From Lingula anatina (Eukaryota > Animalia > Brachiopoda), in assembly GCA_051362555.1 (NCBI GenBank), contig CM120646.1:17236001-17300000 (forward strand): a stretch of DNA of 64,000 nucleotides, given 5' to 3'. Under the pieces are notes generated by a model that saw nothing but the letters and a program-made list of their open reading frames with translations, was not told where the DNA came from and searched no databases. Below, piece after piece: positions 53,925-64,000 of the stretch. How positions within the stretch are numbered: the stretch's first letter is position 1; each line of letters opens with the position of its first letter. The position numbers were made by a program, and so were the translations under genes.

Positions 53925-56115
53925 TAGTCCGGTTGCTTAGGGCAAAAAAATGGCCAAATCGTGACACAGCGGATAAAAGCACCAAACTTTGCATGTGGGT
54001 ACCTTTTGACATACTAAATCAAATTAGAGCCGTAGCCCATGGAAAAAATTTACCGTTTGGCCAAAAAATCCAAAATGGCCGCCAATTTGTGAAATTTTGT
54101 AGAAATATATACATATCTATGTTGATTTTTATCAAATTAAGTATTTTCTCAATGTTTTCCACATCGTTATTACCCATATTATGCATATGTGTCAGATACC
54201 AAACTAGTGTCCTTGGACCTATTGAAAAATCCAAGATGGCCGCCGTATGGCATAGGAATACTAGAACATATACAAGGGTGTTCAACTAACTAATGCCAAC
54301 TAGGAAGATGCATTGCCCACTATTTAATTAATTTTGTTTCCTATTACACAAATAATATATTTGTGGTGAGTAACTAACCTTTATTCACAGGCAATTCGAG
54401 AAAAATCCAAGATGGCCCCCATATCAAAGGAATACTAGTATACACATAGGGCTTCTTCTGCCATGGAGATATAATATTAATTGATAAATTAGGTTTGTTT
54501 CCGAGTATTTTCCACATCTTTTTAATTCATATAATATATATGTGATGAGAATGTTATGTGTATCATTTTTGAAAACAAAACAAAATGGCTGCCATTAGCC
54601 ATAGAAGGTGGGGTTCAGTTAATACCTGCGAGAGATAGGCTTACAAATAAAATGAAGCTGAATTCAGTTGTTATTCTGTTTTTGTGAATTGCAGCAATCT
54701 TGAATTTTCTCAAATACGCAAGATGCACACTTGTTACACACCAGATTTATAAAGAGTAAGGTTAATAAGGTTGTCAACATGTTTAAACATCAAACGGCTT
54801 TATTTCATGTTGGAATCAATGTCTGAACTGTTTTATTAATTGACACCTATGTGCATTTGAATGATATATTCCTATGATATGACAACTGGCAGCTATCTTG
54901 GGTTTTCTCCGAATAATACTCAAGGATACATACACTTTCAAAACACACAGAGTCTTTCATAAGGATAAATAGGATATGAAAAACATTAAAAACAACCCAA
55001 CGTTAACTACGTTTAAATCGTACTCAGTGTATTTCTAGCATTATTTGATTATGTATTCTAATGACAAAAGGCAGACATCTTGAATTTTTTCAGAATACCC
55101 AAAGATACACACATGCTACAGACCAGGTATACATCATAGGAGTAATAATAAATGGAATGAAAAACATAAATTATTTTTAAAACAAACCCATGGAAATATA
55201 AATGTATAATGAACCATATGCCTCTCTAGCAGCAATTGAAACCCACCCATTAGTATTCCTATGTCAAATTGTAGGTATCTTTTTCTCAGAATATCCAAGG
55301 ATGCACACTATTTACCCACCAGATATATATCATAAGACTAATAAGGATGGGCAAAACTTGATAAGCAAACACAAATTCACCCTGGTAGTAGATGAAAAGC
55401 CATGGATGTGCAGTTGTAATTCCAGTAGTATTCCTATTACATATGACGGCCATCTTGGATTTTCTCAAAATGCCCAAGAATACTGTTAGTTACTCACCAC
55501 ATACATATTGTGTAGGTAGAAAGGGTGTGGAAAACACTCAGAAACCAGCTTAATTTGATAGTGAAAAATTAATCTTTCCAGTTGCCATTAGTTGAATCAC
55601 CGTATACTAGAATTCCTGTTGCACATGGCAGCCATCTTGGATTTTCCAAAATGCCCAAGAACACTTCGTAGTTACTCACCACAAACATATTATGTGGGTA
55701 ACAAAGATCTGAGAAGCAGACTTAATTTGACAGTGGACAACGTATCGTTCTAGCTAGTAATAGTTGTGCACTAGTATTCCTATGGCTGTTTCTATGGCAA
55801 ATGACAGCCATCTTGGATTTTTTCAAAAAGTCCAAGGGAACTCGTTTGCTATTTGACATATATATGAATAAAATGGGTAATAAGGGTGTGGAAAACTTTG
55901 AGAAAATAATTTATTTGATAAAAATCAACATAGGCATATACATATTTCTAAAGAATTCAATAAATTGGCGGCCATTTTGGATTTTTTGGCCAAACGGTAA
56001 TTTTTTTCCGTGGGCTACGGCTCTAATTTGATTTAGAATGTCAAAAGGTACCCACATGCAAAATTTGGTGCTTTTATCCGCCGTGTCACGATTTTTTCCT
56101 TAAGCCACCGGACTA
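53925..56115. mobile_element. Non-autonomous Academ-like DNA transposon, 2191 bp, long TIRs, 3-bp TSD CTA
   Basis: cta|TAGTCCGGTTGCTTA...TAAGCCACCGGACTA|cta. TIRs align for over 300 bp. TAG...CTA termini with a 3-bp TSD fit the Academ superfamily. No transposase ORF. Confidence 0.8.
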
Positions 56116-56874
56116 CTATGTTAATTATTGCATGTAAGTTGATACATACTATCTAGGCCAGTGTAGTAGTATAGTAGGCCTATAGTAGTGGTAGTATAGT
56201 AGACTGAGATAAAACAGCTGAATTTTGTTAAGTAAGTAATAAGTTCTATTTTGCATGGGGATCAATTATCAATTTTTATCATCGATTTTTTAAACATTAG
56301 AAGATCATCATGATTAAGAAGAGCTAGCTAGCATATCCAAAAGAATAAAATATAGATCTACTATGAGCAGTTACTGAATAATATATCAGCATCAAAAGGA
56401 CAATTCCTTGATTCATCAAAGTTTTTATTTTTATTTTCATTTATTTGTTTATTTTTTGTGACGTTATTATCTTTGTAGCCAGGTAAAGAACATAACTTAT
56501 AAGTTAAGGATGCCATAGATGAATTATACCGAATTATAACATGTATCTGTGTATTTTTTCTTTTTATAATATATGATGTAAAGATTGATTCCAAATTTCC
56601 AAAATTTCAAATACTTAGCATGCTTTATTGTGAAAGTTGTCTCGTCTTGCACCGTATCGCCCTCTATAAGCGTTTCTCCACGAATCAACGTGGATTGGCT
56701 CCTTGGCTCACTTTACAAAGTTTTAAAATTATTCTAAAAAGTTATATACACTCATTTATATACAATGTAGCCTACCTGTAATAGGCTGTTTTCTTTTTTC
56801 GTGTGTGTTTTTTTTCTCCCAGCGGGTGAAGAGTGGCAACTCGCAGCGACCTGTTATCCGAGAAATTTGGCAAG

Positions 56875-59800
56875 ATGGCAGCGCCCTGCGAGAAAGACGT
56901 GACTGTGAAATTTATTGGTGACGAAGAAGCTTTACAGCACATCACTCATGTAGATGGTATTGTCATTACTATCTCTAGTGATATTCATTTAGTGCAATGT
57001 CTAGGGTCATTGTTGTCCCTTCTGACCGATTAAAAAATCTGCTCAAATTTGATTTACGATCTGCGGTAAAAGTGGTGTACGTATCAGTACTAGGAGGGGG
57101 GTAGGACAGGTGCACATGTTTGACAACGTTAACAGTACAAACATCGAATTTTTAAAACGTGTGCTCCCTTTCTTAGCTGAGTTGCACAAATTCATATTTA
57201 ACATATTAACCTACTGAAAATTTACTTAGAATTTGCACATAAGTGCCGCTTGGATATCTGTGCAGTCGTCAACTCATTACGTTTTTTTTATTTATTAGAT
57301 TCAAAACTTTATCAAACACCGAGAAGGTCCATTCTCTCAGTGGGGTCACATGGGAACAGGAAGTCTGCAAAGAAATCGGTGAGCTATGCCTCTAAGCTGG
57401 AAGAAGAGGAAGAGCTAAGCAGTGAGGGAGAGAGTGAAGTTTTCAGGCCATCCGAGGGTAAGGAGTTCTGGGATATAATGTTTCACAAGCCATGTATATT
57501 CAGTCACCAGTGTAACAGATGAATCACCAAGACAAGATCAATGATGGCTCTATTTAAACTCCTTTGCACCTTTCACAAAATAAATAAATAAATAAGTTAA
57601 AAAAAAACTGAAGTCAGCTTTTCTGTCTAAGAATTTGTTATTGATCAACATTACATGGTCATTTGACACATTTTACTCTATCAAGAAGAGTGTTACAGTA
57701 CTCACATGGAAATCCTAGTCAACTAAGCCAGGGAACTGACTTAAGTTTATTTTATTTATTTATTTTTTTTATTTATTTATTTTTTTTTTGTGAAACTGGG
57801 GTCTGGTGTTACAGATAAGCTCTGTATGCATCTGTATCAGCAGGCTATGAAGAACTTGCTTGAGATGGGAATATCACTCAGAGCAAATTCTTCTAAATAT
57901 ATTCTTCACACAGTAATTTACCTGGGTGCTTAACCCACATTCAGGATCAGTGTTAGACCAGTTCACATCACCATGTGACAAAATTACTGTCAGATCAATC
58001 CCCAAAATACTACCAGAGACCTGTAAATTAATAAAATGTTGAATACTGTGAAATCAACAGGTGATGTCAGCCGGGTCTATTTTGGGCCCAAGTTTGGCCT
58101 GATGTGAATGTGTAATTTTCTCCTTTGTTCCAGTGTTGACAGAGGTCGGGGATGACATTCTGACCAGAGATGTGTTCAGTTTCAGAACTACCAAGAAGTC
58201 AGGGCAAATGTCACAGAAAGGTGAGGCATACGGTGACATGTTTCAGAAAATTATGAAAAAATGTCTCATATGGTAGAGGATTCACTGTAATTTTTGCTGT
58301 GATTGCGTAGCTGTATTTTTGAAGCACTGAAATGCACCATATAAAAGTTATAATTTGTAGATTGATGAACCTGACAATACGGAAGACATGACATTGCCTG
58401 ATAATGACTCTTGAAGTCATGTATTTGAAAATATAAAAATGTTGTCAAAATCCATCCATTTTGAGCTGTTGACCAAAAGACCAAAAAAATTACTTCTTTG
58501 TGAAGGTAACTTAGTTGAAATTAAAGTTTTCTTAAAACTGTAAGGCTGATTTAGAAATAAATACATACTTTAAAATAGTACACAATCACATTATATTTCA
58601 TTTTCTAATACGTTGAACTAAGATAGGAATATTAGACAATGGAGGACAGTATGTGTACCTGTAAGTACAACTCGCTGAAAAATTCTAAATCATTGGAATA
58701 ACAGCTAGATATTTTCATAATTGATCATTTTCTTTCTATTATGTTCAGCCTTAGAGGTTTCAACACCAAAAACCACACCATTAAAGCAATCAGGGAAGGG
58801 GATAAGAACGCCAAAATCTTCCACTAAATCCCAGAAGACACCAAAATCTGGTAGGTTAGAAGGATAAAAATGTGGCAGGAAATGAAGATCGGTATTTTAG
58901 ATGTCTTTATATTAATATCTTTATGAATGATTTGTATGGTAGGAAATGAATGTCAGCATTGTGTAAGCATATTTTAATATGCTTATGTTCAAGTTCAAAC
59001 AGTTTAAAGGCCATATTTATATGCAATACAAAGATAAAATAGGACTTGACAGTTGCAGTCATATTTGAACCCAGCTCTAAGATGGACTTACAGTCATTAA
59101 AAAAATTCTTTATTTGCCCTAGTATCATTTGAGTTATTTCTGTGATGTTCAAATACAGCTGAAATATTTGTAACATTTCAAATATATACCTAGAGATGTT
59201 ATGTGACCGTGGTGATATAAATACAAGTACTTTCTCTCAGTATGTATGTTACATGATACCCTGCCCACCTTTTGCTGACACTTGAAGTGTTCTGGCATAT
59301 ATTGCTCGGGTGACGGTTTATTAACTGGCACTTAAAATATGTTTTATTTGCTTAGGTAAAAAATCCACAGACTGCACTGAGAATAAAGACACTGTGATCA
59401 GCACCCCAAGAACAAAGAGACAAGCCCGCAAGCTGGAGATCACAACACCATACAGACTAAAGAAGAGAAATGCAGCAGGTGAGATAAGGAACATTCACAT
59501 TGGCCAGCAAGTTTGGCCAAACTGTGATTCCAGACAGAACAGGATATGTTTCCTATAAATTTGTGATTATAATAGCATTGAAGTTGCTGTATTTGTTTGC
59601 ATTTTAATTGGTGTGAAATTCTGATGGGTCAAGAGTTTGACAGATGTGTATGTGTGCATGTGCATTATTGAGAGAGTTATTATAATATTAAGTTATGGAC
59701 CATGCCAGGGGTGGATCCAGAGATATTTTCTGACAGTCTTCCAAATTATCTTTGTAGATCCATCCTCCACTTTAGACTGCTTTCTGACAGAAAAAAATTA

Positions 59801-62800
59801 TATACCCGTCAATGTAAACTTCAAAATCTGACCGTCTTCTGGAAGACCCAGAAGACGGCCTCAATACGCTCTTGCATGCCATGCACATGTGCATGCATGT
59901 TGTGAGTGTCTTATTTGTAATCGTAACTTTTTATTCATATTTCATTCTCTATATTTAAAGTTGCCACAGAAGAGCAGTCATCTTCTGACAGTGATGTGTC
60001 CTCAGATGATGAGATCAACAGTGAAACCAGCAGCAGAGCTGAAGATGGCAGCACTGATATACCTGCAGCACCACTAACTGAAGGTGGCAGCACTGCACAG
60101 TCGTCCAGTGTGAAGTCTATTACTAATGGTGTAGCAACTGGGAAATCTGTGTCTTCAAATGGGGCAAGGTCATCAAAGTCTCGGAGATCCAGAGCAGAAC
60201 CTACTATTGTAAGTGTATATTTTTGAACATGTTCTAAAGTCATTTTTTTTTATGTCAGCATATCCTGCAAAACAATAAATTTTATCTTTCTCAGTTTAGA
60301 CCTTAAAGTGATGAAAAACCCTCATATAAAAGGGCCAGATTTCAATATTTCCTTCTCTGGTCAGATGTTTAGGACCAAATTTACTTAATTAAAAATGGTA
60401 TAAAACATAAAATCCAAGTGCAGGGGCAAGTCGAGCAATGATGTGCATGCAGGACAAAATTGCTGTTTTTTCCTGTCTGAATGAGGAAAATACAATTGGG
60501 CTCGAAAATCCTAGATTTTTTAAAAGAACTTTAAAGTGATTTAGAAATTCTCATTGGTTTTGGTGTGCAAATGCATAGCACAAGCTTTATTTAAACAGAC
60601 TTCTTCGTGTGTTAATAGAACGGCTTTCTTTTAAAGCACCACCAAGCTGAAGACTACTTTGTGGAGCATGGTCAGCAGCCGGTCACCTCGGACCACACCC
60701 TGTCCAGACTAGACACGCCCCGGCTCGACCAGGAGGCTGTGGCGGCCATGCTGCATGACATACCTACAGCTTACAGCCATGAGCGGCAGAGTTTGTATGA
60801 AGAACACATTGAATTGTTTCATAGGTGGATGTTCCAGTTACAGTAAGTAAAAAGTTTTAAGGAATTGTTAATTTTGAAATTCTTTGACATAATTTTAAAA
60901 TCCACTTGATCAAGGGGCTGTAGTGCATATTATACAAATTATGTGGAAGGGTGCCTAAAAAGCAATGAACACATTTTTTGTTAAAGAAGAAAGCTTATAA
61001 TAATGTTTATTTCATGTGCAGATTTGAAAAAATATTTTTAGTGTGTTCCTTTTAGTCTTTAAAGAAAGATGGTAATGTTATGTCAATAAACAAAAAAAAG
61101 ATTAAAGATTGAGAGAATGTTTTATAATTTTGACTTCAGTGGAAAAGAAATTTATTGTGTGGTCATGTATTTTTGTTTATGTACCTGTGTTTTTCTAGCA
61201 ATGGGTTTAACCTACTTCTCCATGGGTTGGGCTCCAAGAGACAGCTTCTGGAAACTTTCTGTAAATCCATGCTCTCTGAGTTCACACATGTAGTTGTCAA
61301 TGGATATTTTCCTAGCATCACTGTGAAAAATGTGAGTATTTTCGTTTTAATCAAATGCTGTCACATATAGAAATGCTGTCATACCTAACACATTGTCACA
61401 TCAATCACTGGAATACTGGAACACTTATTTTTATGGAAATACTATATTTGAAAGATATCTAATTGGAACATATTTTTTTCTTGTCTGCTTTAGATTTTAA
61501 ATACCATAACAGATGAAGTATTAGACCACAAGGGTAATTTTAGAAGCCCAATGGATCAACTTGACTTTATTAAAGAAAACATGGAGACTCAAGGTATATA
61601 TTTAAAAAAGCACTGATTTAAGCAGACAGTAAAGGCATTTTTGGTAGATAAATTCATTTTTCTATTTTCTAAATTGTTGGTGTAATTGGTTGGTTTGCTT
61701 TTAACTTTTTTGAAAAAATTTATATGGCTTAGTATTTATGTATTGCATAATACATGCTAGGCATTTATTTTGGATATATACAGTTAAATTCTTTTCCATC
61801 CACTGAATAAAAATTAAAAATATTTCATTTTACTTTTGCCAATGTGGGATTGAAAACTTACAAGAATGTTTCCTAGACTAATTTAAAAAGAAAAGTGAAG
61901 CTTAAAAACCAGCCCATTTGAATTATTTGTTTTTCTTTTCTGATTTGTTTCAGCTGATGAAGATGTCTTCCTCATATTACACAACATAGATGGGCCCATG
62001 TTGAGATCCGAGAAGGCACAGTCCATCCTGAGTCTACTGGCTCAAGTCAGGGGACTTTACATTATAGCCTCTATTGACCATATTAATGCACCTCTCAGTG
62101 AGTATATTGGCCCTGAAAAAGATGACTGTTATTGCGAAAAGTTACATCATATATTTAACATAGTGTAGGTGTGTGATTTTTTTCTGTTATCTGTTTATTT
62201 CTTGCTGCCTTATTTTACAACAGAAAATTTGCCAAAGTAAACATAGTTTTTAATTTAATACTCGTAATGCTTTGAGGTATGTTGTCTGGAAAACTGCACG
62301 TTTTTTAAAAAGTCCATTAGTATTTAAAATATATACAAAGTTCATGTGAAAGAAAAAAAGAAATAATATGATTTCTTATAACTGTTTTGAAATGGTCTTT
62401 GTTGATAATTTATACTTATAATCACAGTGTGGGACCAGACCAAAGTCAGTCGGTTCAACTGGTTATGGTATGACACCACCACTTATCTTCCCTATGTGGA
62501 GGAGACATCGTATGAAAACTCGTTACTGGTGCAGCAGTCAGGTGCTCTTGCTCTGAGCTCGTTAACCAACGTGATGCAGAGCTTGACTCCCAATGCCAAG
62601 AAGATTTTCATGATTGTTGTTCAGTATCAGCTTGACAGCCAGGACAACCCTGCTTACATAGGTATCTTTCAAATGGCAAAAAAAAACAAAAACAAAAAAA
62701 TTAACATTATATTGAAGGTACTATCACACTCTTGCCTATAGCACTAACATATTAGAAGGAAATATTCATATGCAGACAAACACAAGGGATTCAATACTTA

Positions 62801-63668
62801 CATTTTATATGATCCGAGTGTGCAGGTAAACAAAAATGTATGTTAATATATGCTAGGGGAGATTAAACATTTTGAGCATGTTCATAAACAATTTTATACA
62901 CTCCTTCTATGTCCTTTCTCATACCCTGGATATAAAGGGCAATTTCATTTGCTCACAGTAGATTTCACATGTAATACTCATATGTGCCTCTATATGCTAG
63001 AGTGTGACAGAGCCTGCTTAGGAGAACAGTCAGGATGTATGGAGTCCAGTTATATTTATCTGTCTTTCTTGAATTTATTGCTCTTGTACCATATTTTCCT
63101 GTCACAGTTAGGAAATGATCTTGTAATTATGGTTAAGGAAGCATAACATTGATTAAAAATAATTGGAATTTAATTAAATGGAAAACGAAGAATATAATAT
63201 ATTTATCTGTCTTTCTTGAATTTATTGCTCTTGTACCATATTTTCCTGTCACAGTTAGGAAATGTTCTTGTAATTATGGTTAAGGAAGCATAACATTGAT
63301 TAAAAATAATTGGAATTTAATTAAATGAAAAATGAAGAATTATCAACACCCAACTTTTCATTTTAAAAAGTTAGAAATGTTTGTGTTTGCTACTAGTATT
63401 TACTTCATACCTCATGTAATTATCCACTTCCATGCAATTAAAAAATGATTTTATCAGAATATGATAACATTTCTAAAGATAGCAATGTCAAAAGATGAAA
63501 GTGTATTGAAACCATATGCCTTGACCGTTATTTTGCTGCTTTTTTATAGGTATTTCCTTTCAAGATTTGTATCAGAAGTGCCGAGAGGCATTCCTCGTCA
63601 ATAGTGATCTCACTTTAAAAGCACAACTTACAGAATTCAGAGACCATAAGTTGATCAAATCAAGAAAA
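56875..63668 (+). CDS. ORC2: Origin recognition complex subunit 2 (last exon beyond the window)
   Basis: Exons 56875-56956, 57299-57457, 58134-58220, 58749-58850, 59356-59478, 59961-60208, 60637-60842, 61199-61331, 61494-61593, 61954-62097, 62427-62661 and 63550-63668. ORC2 motifs: [104 protein letters not shown]. The N-terminal region has S/TP-x-K CDK-type sites. Confidence 0.96.
59706..59874. mobile_element. Decayed CAG-ended MITE with 5-bp TSD CATGC (ORC2 intron)
   Basis: CAGGGGTGGATCCAG...ATACGCTCTTG. CATGC at 59701-59705 and 59875-59879. Confidence 0.6.
63051..63340. repeat. 147-bp tandem duplication in an ORC2 intron
   Basis: TATATTTATCTGTCTTTCTTG...GAAGAAT occurs at 63051 and 63198 with few mismatches. 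Confidence 0.95.
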
Positions 63669-63776
63669 GTAAGGACTGTTCTGTTTTAATTTTGAAAGAA
63701 AAGAAACAAGTAGAATTTCCATCATTTGCATGAAAGACTGTTGTATTTATAATAGGCATCTTACCGGTTTTCCAGA

Positions 63777-63898
63777 TACATCACTATGATCACACATTAT
63801 ACATCACCATGATCACATGACATATTACCATGATCACATGACACATCTCCATGATCATGACATTTTATGATCACATGACATATAATATGATCACATGA
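63777..63898. repeat. Degenerate ~20-bp minisatellite (CATGATCACATGACA core)
   Basis: Repeated ATGATCACA units seen directly. Confidence 0.8.
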
Positions 63899-63965
63899 AA
63901 AAAACTTGAACATATGATGATGACATTTCCCTGAAATGGCATAATGCCTTGATTTTTGTGTTACA

Positions 63966-63996
<31 letters not shown>

Positions 63997-64000
63997 TTTA

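Noticed and set aside
53933-56031. Short ORFs inside the Academ-like element as a transposase
   Set aside because: They are mirror translations of the TIRs with no transposase motifs.

Overview
This is AT-rich, intron-containing animal genomic DNA, probably from a marine invertebrate (lophotrochozoan-like; the species cannot be determined from this window). Five protein-coding genes were reconstructed by reading GT-AG splice sites. In order: RSU1 (minus, 8 exons); a type II membrane glycan-modifying enzyme, paralog A (minus); a giant C-type lectin receptor with about 56 exons, 17 CTLDs and about 2645 aa (plus, mannose-receptor-like); paralog B of the same enzyme (minus); and ORC2 (plus, running off the window end). 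The most unusual feature is the enzyme pair. Each fuses a degenerate GT32 domain, a bacterial-type polysaccharide pyruvyl transferase-like domain and an intact DxD GT32 alpha-1,4-glycosyltransferase domain in one ~2.9 kb exon, and the two copies bracket the lectin receptor. This is a candidate animal glycan-pyruvylation 'writer + reader' locus, possibly of horizontal origin (inference). Non-coding DNA carries many non-autonomous DNA transposons: PIF/Harbinger-type MITEs with 3-bp TSDs, CAG-ended MITEs with 5-bp TSDs, a 2.2 kb Academ-like element and a Crypton-like relic. There are also hairpins and microsatellites. All family assignments come from motif recognition, not database searches.
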